Shown here in pieces: positions 1 through 11,300 of a DNA stretch of 46,354 bases. Each line of letters opens with the position of its first letter. Within the stretch, counting starts at the first letter, position 1. The stretch comes from Thraustochytrium aureum (Eukaryota): assembly GCA_012862495.1 (NCBI GenBank), contig BLSG01000100.1, positions 1 to 46,354 of the forward strand. The letters run 5' to 3'. The position numbers and the translations under genes were made by a program. The notes beneath the pieces were generated by a model that searched no databases, was not told where the DNA came from, and saw nothing but the letters and a program-made list of their open reading frames with translations.

Positions 1-742
1 TTCTGTACGTTCGTTCGCCGAGCCGTCATCTCCAGCGTCTCTGCGTGAGTAGGCGCGCGCGAGGTCGACGCGGAGAGCATGTTGTCTTGCAAACGCTGGC
101 GGCGACGGCAAGGCACCGGGAGGAAGCGATCAGTGGTAGTAGACAGGATGAAGGCTCCAGAAGAAAGAAAGCCATGTTGTTTTCCAAACCAGTCGTCACG
201 TTGTGGTTGCCATATGTCCGCGAGCCGGCCCATGGCTATGACAGAGCCCGCTACTCGAGTTCTGTGGAGTACTTGCGAGTTCTTTTTGTTGACGCGGAAA
301 ACCTGTCCTCGGACATTGTGGCTTGCGAGCACTGGCAATGTTGGAACAGCAGTCTAACTGATCGCTCGAATATCTGTGGCACGGAGCCTACCTTTGGCGC
401 TCGCTGCGAGCCAGAACTGGACGTCAGACTGTGGCCCAGGGGCTACCTCTGGCGCTCGCTGCGAGCCTGGACAGGACGTCAGCTCGCGCTCGAGACGACT
501 CAACGTTCCTGGCCTTCTCTACTTAGCTCTAGTAGAGAGCTACTGGCGAAAACACGGATGTATCCGTTAGGCGCGGCGATTGGAGGTGCAGGCCTTTTTA
601 TCGGTGCGGACGGCAGCGCGACGAACAGACACCGCTGGTGCCGGTTGCTGCGAGCGACTGCACAGCACAGGCGACAGCGCAGGGCCTAGCTTTGGCTGAG
701 CAGGGTTTGTAGGGGGCCGAAGCCGCGCGAGCTACAGGCACA

Positions 743-2263
743 ATGACACTTCACTGCTTTACGGTGATATTCTTGGCACAGCTCCCTTCGGCGGCCCTGA
801 CGCTGGCGTACGTGGTACGGCGGAATCAGCCGCTGGTTCAAGCTCGAGGCGTTACGCGGGCGTCGGTTATGATGGGCGTGGGGCTGATGCTTGTCGAGCA
901 GGCGTGCATGGAGATGGGCCTGTGCGAGTTGAAAGTTTACACGTTTGTACTTGCCTCGTTCGCTTTGAGCGGCGTCTACTTGACCCTCTGTGGCGCCACG
1001 TGGATGGCGGTGAGGATCTTCCTGCGATACCACAAGGTCCAGCACGGAAAACTCATTGCTGCAGCGATGTTTACGGGGAGCAAATTTGGCGACAGTTTGA
1101 TGACGGATGGCCAAAGCTCCATCGCAGATTGCGAATCCGGGGAGTTTGGAGATTTGACTGACGGCCCTAGCAGAGCTCATCCATTCCTCGCTAAGATCGA
1201 GCGCATCGCTGCGGTCCTGCGGAACCGCAAGCTTCAGGTACTGTGCTTGGTGAGCTATTTCCTCGCGCTGGCAGGGAACGGGTATGCGGCGTTGCAGTCA
1301 AACTCAAATGGGCTTCAAACGGTCTGCATCGGCACCGACTGCATGAAAGAGAAAGTACTTCTGATGTTTCTCGTCGGTTTTGCGGTCTCCAGTATAATCC
1401 CGCTCGTGCCCTTGATGCTTGCAATCGTGGGCCTTCGTCTTTGCTACAAGCACATCGGATCGGACTCGCTTGGCATCAGGGAGCACTTTCGTCTGTTGGT
1501 GTGGCTCTTGGGGCTTTCGCAGAGCGTCATATTTGGTGCTCTGGTCTTGAATTTGCTCGAAGTCATCACGCCGGAGGAGACGGTCCGGGCCGCTCTTGCG
1601 GGAACGATCGCGTTCCACTTTGGTGTGCTGGGCGAACCGCTCGTGCGTGACTATATCTTCACGAGGAAACACAAGCTTGACGTGGACACGTTACGGGACA
1701 AGTCGCAGGCCGCTTTGCTGCATCACTTCCTGCAGGACCCCAAGCACCTTGCACTTTTCCAGGAGCACCTTGAAAGCGAGTTTGCAGCAGAGTCGATCCT
1801 GTTTTACAAGAACGTGATGAACTACAAGCGCGTCGCTGGACGTCCAACGACGGCAGAGAAGCGAATCAAGTCGGTATACGACAGTATCGTTGACTCGTTT
1901 TTGCGCGTCGGCGCGCCGCAAGAGATAAACGTCCCAGAGGCGCTCGTTCGCCCATTTCGGGAATTTGAAGGCGAAAAAAAAGCCGGAAAACGTGCGAAGA
2001 TTGCTCCAAAAGACGCGGTTCCGGTCGAATCGACGCTAAGCGCTTCCTCGTCGTCTTCGAGAATCGTGTTGTGGCGGACGACGCCAGACCACTTTGACAA
2101 GCTGCTTGAAGAGGTAACGAACATCATGGCAATGGAGCCGCTGTCTCGGTTTGTCGCCACGCCAAAGTACCTGCCAACATGGGAAGCTTTCGAGGCACAG
2201 GTGCGCGAGTCAGAGGTCGTCAAGCAGGAGATCCGCGAGCTCCAGGCAGCTGCGGTCACATAG
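743..2263 (+). CDS. 7TM-RGS protein (seven-transmembrane domain fused to a C-terminal RGS domain)
   Basis: 506-aa ORF with about 7 hydrophobic segments and the loop motifs RRNQPLVQARG and DSLGIREHF typical of 7TM-RGS proteins. The RGS box follows: LLHHFLQDP..LFQEHLESEFAAESILFYKNV...IVDSFLRVGAPQEINVP...MEPLSRF. Confidence 0.85.
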   Translation: MTLHCFTVIFLAQLPSAALTLAYVVRRNQPLVQARGVTRASVMMGVGLMLVEQACMEMGLCELKVYTFVLASFALSGVYLTLCGATWMAVRIFLRYHKVQHGKLIAAAMFTGSKFGDSLMTDGQSSIADCESGEFGDLTDGPSRAHPFLAKIERIAAVLRNRKLQVLCLVSYFLALAGNGYAALQSNSNGLQTVCIGTDCMKEKVLLMFLVGFAVSSIIPLVPLMLAIVGLRLCYKHIGSDSLGIREHFRLLVWLLGLSQSVIFGALVLNLLEVITPEETVRAALAGTIAFHFGVLGEPLVRDYIFTRKHKLDVDTLRDKSQAALLHHFLQDPKHLALFQEHLESEFAAESILFYKNVMNYKRVAGRPTTAEKRIKSVYDSIVDSFLRVGAPQEINVPEALVRPFREFEGEKKAGKRAKIAPKDAVPVESTLSASSSSSRIVLWRTTPDHFDKLLEEVTNIMAMEPLSRFVATPKYLPTWEAFEAQVRESEVVKQEIRELQAAAVT

Positions 2264-2787
2264 GTAGGCAACCGGGAAAAAAAAGGTGCCACCTGGTCAG
2301 CACCTGGTGGTGGAAAAGTTGAAAGTTTGCAAATCGATGTGATGGAAAAAGTTGTACAGGCCAGCCGTCCTTGGGGGCGACTGGAGCCCTGCGCAGGGAA
2401 TGGCGCAGGTTGCGGTGGGCACCCGAGTAATCTTCATTCGGCCACCGCTGTTCGGCCGCGTCGTGCAAGGCGCAGAGCGCTGGCCCGAAACGCGGTTCCG
2501 GTCGGGTGGTGTAGTTATATCCTGCTCGCTCAAAAAGCAGGGCGCGGGCGTTCGTCAAGCGCCAGCAAGCAAAACCGCGTCGTCCGGGGCTTTGAGGCCA
2601 TCCGTGTCCAATTCGCACTTGTCACAGCCATACACGGGCCGCGACAACGGGCGAACAAGCAACAACAATGGCCGGAAAGCCAAGCCCCGCCGGCGAGTCG
2701 CAGTAACGCACTCTAGAGCCGCGCCAACACCACGGGCTTTGCCGACTTGACAAAGTCGGACATGCGAACCGTGGCGTTGGCTAGTTC

Positions 2788-3861
2788 CTAGTAGTCCTGG
2801 TCGAGCAGGGCCTCCTCCTCGACGAGGCCCTCGACGATCTTGGCCGGGTTGGCGCCCTGAAAGGCAATCTCGTAAATGTTCTTGAAAAGTGGAAAGGTCT
2901 TTTCGAGGTCGGCGCCACTCGCAGTGAGCACCTTGTGCAGCTCCTGGCACGTGAGCGTGCCCTGGAGCCGCTGGCCATTGAGCAGCTCTGCTTCGATTGT
3001 GTCCCAGTCCTTGCCTGGGTTGCGCACAAAGGCCTCGGCGCACTTGCGGTTGCGGCCGCCGTAGCACGTGGTAATGAGGTCTGCCACACCACACGACTCG
3101 ACCAGGATCTCCAGCGGAAAGGTCCCCGTTGTAAGTTCAATCACCCGCGCCATCTCGATGAGGCCGATGCGGATGATGGCTGCCTTGGTGTTGTTCCCGT
3201 ACCCGAGGGCGTCGGAAAACCCGGCGCCAAGAGCGACCACGTTTTTCAGCGCGCCGCAGAGCTCAACTGCGTTGGCATTGTTGACGGTGGAGACTCGAAA
3301 GTATGGGGTTTGGAACAGTTGCTTCAGGACACGGGCGTTCTTCTCGGTGCCGCCGATGGTGGCCTCCGCAAAGTCTTCGCGGGCGATTTCGTCGGCCACG
3401 TTGGCGCCCATGAGGACGCTCACGTCGATCTCGAGCTCGCTGCGGATGATGTCGGAGAGCAAGATGATGCCCTTGTCGTCAAAGTCGATGCCTTTGATGA
3501 GCGAGATCCCGAAGGCGTTGGACGCCATGGCGCCCTTGATCACGGGCAGCAGCTTGGGGAGGAATTGGTGCGGCACCACGAACACGAGCACGTTGGCGTC
3601 CTTGCAGGCGGTGGCCAGGTCTGGCTCGGCCACGACATTGTCGGGGAGCCGGACGCCGGGTAGGTACTTGACGTTCTCGTGGCGGCTGTTGATGATGTCG
3701 GTGAGCTTGTCTCCCTCCACGGTCTCCTCGAAGACCCACATCTTTACTTCGGTCACGAAACGGTCGCTCTTGGCGGTGTTCTCGGCCACGAGTTTGGCGG
3801 CTGTGCTGCCCCAGTTGCCGCTGCCGACGATGGTGACCTTGAGCGGACTGGTCAGCACGCT
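2788..3861 (-). CDS. GPD1: NAD-dependent glycerol-3-phosphate dehydrogenase (5' end runs into an N gap)
   Basis: Motifs KVTIVGSGNWGS, HENVKYLPG, VVPHQFL, SLIKG, MGANVA, ELCGALKNVVA, ESCGVADLITTCYGGRNRK and LLNGQRLQG. Confidence 0.96.
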   Translation of the reverse strand, partial: SVLTSPLKVTIVGSGNWGSTAAKLVAENTAKSDRFVTEVKMWVFEETVEGDKLTDIINSRHENVKYLPGVRLPDNVVAEPDLATACKDANVLVFVVPHQFLPKLLPVIKGAMASNAFGISLIKGIDFDDKGIILLSDIIRSELEIDVSVLMGANVADEIAREDFAEATIGGTEKNARVLKQLFQTPYFRVSTVNNANAVELCGALKNVVALGAGFSDALGYGNNTKAAIIRIGLIEMARVIELTTGTFPLEILVESCGVADLITTCYGGRNRKCAEAFVRNPGKDWDTIEAELLNGQRLQGTLTCQELHKVLTASGADLEKTFPLFKNIYEIAFQGANPAKIVEGLVEEEALLDQDY

Positions 3862-4297
3862 NNNNNNNNNNNNNNNNNNNNNNNNNNNNNNNNNNNNNNN
3901 NNNNNNNNNNNNNNNNNNNNNNNNNNNNNNNNNNNNNNNNNNNNNNNNNNNNNNNNNNNNNNNNNNNNNNNNNNNNNNNNNNNNNNNNNNNNNNNNNNNN
4001 NNNNNNNNNNNNNNNNNNNNNNNNNNNNNNNNNNNNNNNNNNNNNNNNNNNNNNNNNNNNNNNNNNNNNNNNNNNNNNNNNNNNNNNNNNNNNNNNNNNN
4101 NNNNNNNNNNNNNNNNNNNNNNNNNNNNNNNNNNNNNNNNNNNNNNNNNNNNNGTGACTTTGCGCGACCGCGACTCGCGAGGGAGTCTGTGGGAGCCTGG
4201 GGGTGTTTGGGGACTGCCTGTTCTCGTGAGCTGGGTCTCAGCCTTGGGCTTGCTGCGCTCAGCTTGCCTGGTCGGCTGGCTGGTCTGGTCTCAGAAG

Positions 4298-4325
4298 CGG
4301 CTGGCTGGCTGGCTGGCTGGCTGGC
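4298..4325. repeat. (GGCT)n microsatellite
   Basis: Run of ggct repeats visible in the sequence. Confidence 0.85.
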
Positions 4326-4647
4326 GGCCTGAACTGCGTTGGGTGATCCGGAATCGGGAATTGCATTTCACGAGCAGCTAGCTCACACAGTGTGTCTGAA
4401 CTGATGTTGTCTGCCAGTGGTCAGCGAAGGCGGAATTCTTTCAGCCTCCTTGCTTTCATCAGTGACGTGCGAGCGAGCGAGTCCATGCAACTTGAAGATC
4501 ATGCTCCTGCCTCCCTCCCTGCATTGAAAACACGCACAAGTGCAGCAGCTGAGGAAAAGAAACCAGCTCATCTGCCATCGCCACAGAGGAGACCGCTCGC
4601 GCGCGCGCGACACCCACTTGCGCGCGCAGCAGCAGCGCGCAAGTGGT

Positions 4648-4701
4648 GAAGGAAGGAAGGAAGGAAGGAAGGAAGGCAAGAAGGAAGGCAAGAAGGAAGG
4701 C
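4648..4701. repeat. (GGAA)n / GA-rich microsatellite
   Basis: gaaggaaggaagg...gcaagaaggaagg tract. Confidence 0.85.
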
Positions 4702-7700
4702 ATGCGACCTCACTCTGGAAGCGATTCGAGCCTCGTTCTGCTTGGAGTTGGTTCGGCAGCAGGGCTGCGGTTGCAAGGCTGCTCGATGTGCATTACGCAT
4801 TGCTCATTTCTCCACTTCTTCTCCGATTACCTTCTCTGTTGTTTTTCTACCTACTCTCGCTTGTGAGCTCGCGCGCAGAAACCGGCGTATTTTTATTTAT
4901 TTTTTGCATTCAGCAGTCAAGGATCACGTCAGCTTGAGCGACGCAGAGAGGCGACTACGTCACGTTGCTCCGCTCTTCACAAAGCGCGTAGAGGGCGGGA
5001 TCCAATTTTGCGCTTGGATCCAGCGATCGTCCAAGGCGCCCTCTCATCGCCGAGAGAGAGGGACCAATTGCACCTCCGTTCTCGTCCTCTTTCCTGCCAC
5101 GCGCGAGGTCCTCATGCAACGACTGTTTGTGCCGCGTGAACGAGGAGAGGTGGGATTTCGTCTGGTTGCGACTGCACCGCGACCCTAACCTCGAATCCGC
5201 CGCAGTGGGCGCAAGGAAGGCCGGGAGTCCGCCTCGTGCCGGCGGCCGCTGGATCGGCCACGTCCTGGGCCAGCGCATGATTACGTCGCTGGGAACCAGG
5301 CGCGAAGAGCGAGTTTTCACGGCGTGGATCTGGCTTGGGAACCTCGCCGAGGCTCGCGAGGTCTGCTAACTGCCGCACGCCGGGGAACCCGCGGCGTAAG
5401 TGTTGGAGTGCGCCGGAGCTGCTGTTAGCGGAACACGTCCGCGCGCGTTTGGGCCGCCTGGGATCGTCCTCCGCGGCGCCGGGTCGCGTGCGCGGCAGTG
5501 CGGCGGCTGCGAGGGGCGGCGCGAGTTGTGGACCTGATAAAAGCGCGGCGCAGTGCGCCTGTCTCTTGCCTGAGTGAGCAGCGAGCAACCGCAAACCCAT
5601 CGATCGNNNNNNNNNNNNNNNNNNNNNNNNNNNNNNNNNNNNNNNNNNNNNNNNNNNNNNNNNNNNNNNNNNNNNNNNNNNNNNNNNNNNNNNNNNNNNN
5701 NNNNNNNNNNNNNNNNNNNNNNNNNNNNNNNNNNNNNNNNNNNNNNNNNNNNNNNNNNNNNNNNNNNNNNNNNNNNNNNNNNNNNNNNNNNNNNNNNNNN
5801 NNNNNNNNNNNNNNNNNNNNNNNNNNNNNNNNNNNNNNNNNNNNNNNNNNNNNNNNNNNNNNNNNNNNNNNNNNNNNNNNNNNNNNNNNNNNNNNNNNNN
5901 NNNNNNNNNNNNNNNNNNNNNNNNNNNNNNNNNNNNNNNNNNNNNNNNNNNNNNNNNNNNNNNNNNNNNNNNNNNNNNNNNNNNNNNNNNNNNNNNNNNN
6001 NNNNNNNNNNNNNNNNNNNNNNNNNNNNNNNNNNNNNNNNNNNNNNNNNNNNNNNNNNNNNNNNNNNNNNNNNNNNNNNNNNNNNNNNNNNNNNNNNNNN
6101 NNNNNNNNNNNNNNNNNNNNNNNNNNNNNNNNNNNNNNNNNNNNNNNNNNNNNNNNNNNNNNNNNNNNNNNNNNNNNNNNNNNNNNNNNNNNNNNNNNNN
6201 NNNNNNNNNNNNNNNNNNNNNNNNNNNNNNNNNNNNNNNNNNNNNNNNNNNNNNNNNNNNNNNNNNNNNNNNNNNNNNNNNNNNNNNNNNNNNNNNNNNN
6301 NNNNNNNNNNNNNNNNNNNNNNNNNNNNNNNNNNNNNNNNNNNNNNNNNNNNNNNNNNNNNNNNNNNNNNNNNNNNNNNNNNNNNNNNNNNNNNNNNNNN
6401 NNNNNNNNNNNNNNNNNNNNNNNNNNNNNNNNNNNNNNNNNNNNNNNNNNNAAAGCAATCGGCTCGTCAACTTATAAAAAAGTCAAGCTGAACCGTCTGC
6501 TTGTCTGGTGTTTGTTTGCAAATAGCAAAGGCCAGGCCCACTGCCCTGCTAGGCTGCTCGCTGGGTGCGATGTGGAACCCACTCGTGGACATGCCGGGCT
6601 CGGAGACGACAACGCCCCCGAAGACAAAAGGGTAGCAAGGCAGTGGATGGCAGGTTTAGGTGGTTGCTGTCCGGCCATGGCCACACGTGCCAAAGCAAGC
6701 CCCTTGCGCAGAATAGCCTCACGCGCCAATTGGTCCCAACCCAAGCTTTTCGTTCTGGCATAGCGCCGCCGGCAAGCCCTGCGCTCGCTGTGCTGGCCGA
6801 GTATCGAGCGGGCGGGAGCCCAAGCCGTGGTTGACGTAGTCGCAGTCAAAAGCCGAATTCGAGTCCCAAACGTGCTTGTCCCAGTTGTCCGCCACTGCCG
6901 CCGCTGAGCAGGGAAGGAGGGGGAAATCGTCGTTGATCCCGCACCAACGTCCGGATGCGGGCAACGAGGCAAAGCATGGGTGGGCCAGCATAAGCCGCTC
7001 GCTGCCCACAGGCGTGGAGCGCCGTGCTGCGCCCCGCGCAACATCGAATCAAATTCGCCCTGCTTCCTGGCCAGGCCGCGCAAGCCTCTAGAGCACGTTC
7101 GCCTAACGGCACGGCCTGGCCACCATCCCTGAGGGCCTGAAGCCCGCTGGGGATGATGAGAAGCTTCATGGTTTCCGCGTGTTCTCGCCCGCCGGGACGC
7201 CGAAGCCGACGAGCTGCCTCCGCAGCGTGACAACATCAGCCGGTCGGCATCGAGACAGGGGTTGCGGGAGCGCTCACCTTGCGCCTCAGCTTCGACTGAC
7301 TGCTATCGCGCTTCACGCGCAAGTGTAAAAGGTACCGAGCACTCGACTCCACCCGCCGCCCTGGCGGTCAACTACCATCCGCGTCTGTCCAATTTCTGCT
7401 GGCGTTGGTGATCAATGACGGAGAGCGCAAGCGCACACTCGTGCGTCTGCTCCCGCGGCGTTACATTCACGCCAGCGACTCGGTGGATATCACCGCCCAA
7501 ACCTCGCTAGTCGCTCCCTAAACCCAAGGGAGAATGTGGCCCTTTGCCGTGATGCTGGGCGGCAAAACAGGCAAGAGGCTCGGGCCGTACGTACCCTCGG
7601 GAGCTCCCGGATACTCCCGCCGGGTCAGGAATCTCACCAGGCGAATTGTCCGTCCATGGAGCCCAACCCAACCTTCAACCTCGACAAAACGATGGCTTCC

Positions 7701-8390
7701 AGCGGGCTTCCTGCCGGCTTCCAGCTGGGCCTGCCTNNNNNNNNNNNNNNNNNNNNNNNNNNNNNNNNNNNNNNNNNNNNNNNNNNNNNNNNNNNNNNNN
7801 NNNNNNNNNNNNNNNNNNNNNNNNNNNNNNNNNNNNNNNNNNNNNNNNNNNNNNNNNNNNNNNNNNNNNNNNNNNNNNNNNNNNNNNNNNNNNNNNNNNN
7901 NNNNNNNNNNNNNNNNNNNNNNNNNNNNNNNNNNNNNNNNNNNNNNNNNNNNNNNNNNNNNNNNNNNNNNNNNNNNNNNNNNNNNNNNNNNNNNNNNNNN
8001 NNNNNNNNNNNNNNNNNNNNNNGCCTGCCTGTGCCTGGGCTTCCTCCCGGTGGTGTGATCGGGAGAGCAAGGAGACCGCCGATCAACTGCTGCGGTTTGT
8101 TTCTCGACGGCAGGCCACACGCTCCGCCTGCCATCGGCGACAAGTCGTGCAGCACGAGTAGGTACCTCTCAAAACTGCACTTACCTCCCGAGAACTGTGT
8201 ACCTGCCGTACCAGCAGGCTCAATACTCCAGGAAGTACTTGGCTCGCGACCTCGCCTGCCCCGGCGGGTTCGAGCAGTCCCGATCAGTGGCAGGCCCACG
8301 CTGAAAGGCAACGAGGAGCGGCGCCCCGCGCACCTCTGGCTGACGACGCAGGCGGAGCAAGGACGATGAATCCCTCGCGCAACGAAGAAG

Positions 8391-11300
8391 ATGAAGGGCC
8401 GCGCGTCCGCTACGTGCCCTGGGTCCGTTGTGGTGGCCCTGCAAGCGCCCGTTCTGATCCTGGTCGCGTTCATTGGTTTTGGCGGGATGGCGACGCTCTT
8501 CGCGCTGCCGTTCTTCGACCTCAGCGAGCCGCTGGCAGGCCTCCGACTCGTGCACGACTCCGTCGCAGAAAAGGCCGACGCTTTCGTGATGGGCGTAATA
8601 AACTCGAGCGCCGTCTGGGACGAGCTGAACGGCAACAGCGGCGACGTCAAGGAGATCACGCAATCCAACCAGCACCACTGCCTGACCACGCTCTACGTCG
8701 CGCACGGCAACGACGAAAAGATGAAGCTCAAAGAGGAAGAGCGTGTCTACGGCAACGTCTACACCCCAGAAGGGATCCAGCGCATGCGCAAACTCGAGGA
8801 GGACATCCTTTCTCTGCCCGGCCTGAGCGGCGTGTGCCATGTCAACCCCAACACCGGCTTTTGCAACGGGTGGGACTCTATCCTCAACTTTCTCGACCTG
8901 GACCGCGTCGCGACGCAAGGAGATATCGACCAGCAACTTGCACAGCTCTGGCCGCCCGGAAAATCTACGCCGCTTCTTCCACCAGTCCTTTGACGGCGTC
9001 ACCCAGCTGGCGTCAAACATGACGCGCAGTGACCTGTGCTTTGGCCTTCCCCTCCCGGGTTTCTTCAACGGGAACGACCGGCGGAGCGAGCAAGAGGAGC
9101 TCGTTGACGCATGGATCGAGAGCAGCGGGCTGGCGGACTTTCTGTTGAACGCGTACGAAAACGCGGAAAGCGGCGTCACAGTGTACTTCAACCAGCGGTA
9201 CTTGGAAGACAAGATCACCAAGGCGATCCTCGGCGAGGACGTCATGCGCTGCGTCTTCGCCGTTGTAGTTGTGCTGCTGATCATGGTTGGGCACATGCGC
9301 AGCTTTTTCTTGGGCTCGCTCGCGCTACTGCAGGTCCTGCTCAGCTTTCCGATCGCGTTTTTTGCCTACCGCATTCTCATCGGAATCGAGCTGTTCGGCG
9401 GCTTGCAGAGTGTGGCCATCTTTGTCGTGCTCGGAGTCGGCGCCGACGACTGCTTCATTTACGTTGACGCCTTCAAGCAGTCGCTGCAGTTCGCTTGCTT
9501 GCAGGAGTGGGACCTGGAGCGCCGCCTCAGCTTCGCCTACAAACGGGCTCGCTTCACCATGTTTGTCACGACCATGACTACGGGCTTTGCTTTCCTCATG
9601 CTGGCCATCTCAAGCATCCCTACAGTGCGCTATTTTGGCGTCTTTGCCTCGATCCTCATCGTGCTCAACTTTTGCTTGGTCCTTACCATGTACACGTGCG
9701 TCCTCGTCGTTTGGGACCGCTACATCCGCAGGCTGCACCTGAAGCGGGGCGTCTCTCTCTGCGGCGCATGGAGGCGGCCAGCAGCCGTTGAGGGCAAAGA
9801 CGACCAAGCCAGCAGCCCCAAGCTCGCTGCACTAAAGGAAGACCAAGCGCAAGATGCCGACGATCAGAGCAGCCAGGTCGACGACGAACCCGCCCCAACC
9901 TCCAAGAGTGTCAACGAGGGCGAGGAGGCGGACGCAGACNNNNNNNNNNNNNNNNNNNNNNNNNNNNNNNNNNNNNNNNNNNNNNNNNNNNNNNNNNNNN
10001 NNNNNNNNNNNNNNNNNNNNNNNNNNNNNNNNNNNNNNNNNNNNNNNNNNNNNNNNNNNNNNNNNNNNNNNNNNNNNNNNNNNNNNNNNNNNNNNNNNNN
10101 NNNNNNNNNNNNNNNNNNNNNCTCTTGGGGCACAGCGTTGCGCGAGGCGTTTGCCAACGCGATGGCCATGTTCTTTGTTTACGAGGAGGACGAGATCGAC
10201 CCCGATGCCGTCGACGCCCTCTCCGTTGCGTCTGGGGGCCGCCTGAGCCTTGGCCGCCCGGCGCCCGACCTGGAAGCGACGGCCTCCTCGGCCGTTTTGG
10301 CCGCCAACAGCTCGAAAGAGACCGCCCGACCGCGATCACGCGACGCAGTGGCGTTGGCAAGCCCCGCTCCCTTTCTCGCAGAGGTCACCAAGCGCTCCCC
10401 GGCGCCGGCGCAAGAGTTTAACCGCGTCGTTCGAGTCCTCACAGAGAGGAACTCGCGACGAGCCATCATGGCCGTTTTTGGCGTCATTGCCATCGTCACG
10501 CTCGGGTTTGCGACCAAGCTGGAGGTCGCCAGCGAAGAAAACCCGTTCTGGCCCGAGCGCCACTTCTTCTGGTGGTACCGGCGCCTTGTCCCAGACCAGT
10601 TCCACGACGCCTCCGACCGACCGCGCAAGACGTTCCATATCGTGCATGGGCTCGCCGACCCCTTCTCGAACCGAACAGGGACCAAAGAGACCGTCAAGGA
10701 GGACTTTGGCGCTCCGATCTACGATCCGAATTTCTCGCTCGCCGACCCGAACGCCCAGCAGTTCCTTGTTGACGTCTGCCGCAGCGCGTACGAGGCAGAC
10801 TTCAACCTGCACCTTTCTGGCAACGGCGAGTCCTCAGCGCGCTGCTTCATGGTCGCACTCGAGCTATGGCGCCAGGCTAGGAACGAGTCCTTCCCAATCC
10901 CGCCGAGCGAGTATGTTGCCCCAGTTCTCAATGTGGCCGCCCCGCGCGAGGCGGCGCGCTCGCACGACTCCTTCGAGGACGTCCTCGTCGATTTTGCCTC
11001 CCGCGCGCAGTTTCAGCCAGCGCGCTACCAGGTTGGCTTGAACTACAACCGCGGGGCCAACCTGTCTCGCCTCGCCGTCAACTTCGCCTTCCAGTCGTTC
11101 AGTACCGACCTCGACTGGGAGGACGCTTTCAAGACGCGGATCCTCGTCGCTGAGCAATGGGACGCTTTCGAGGCCTCGCTGCGCGCGGCTGTACCCGAGC
11201 CCACGGAGGACGAGGTCAGTCGCGGCGGTCTTGGCGACCCCAACAATATGTTCTATACCGAGTGGGACTACTTTGTGCTGATGAAGACGCAACTGCTCTT

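Noticed and set aside
45..689. 214-aa ORF upstream of the 7TM-RGS gene
   Set aside because: GTG start and no domain features; probably a chance ORF in GC-rich DNA.
6452..8390. Several overlapping ORFs between gaps
   Set aside because: No recognisable motifs and frequent stops, so a gene or pseudogene call cannot be supported.
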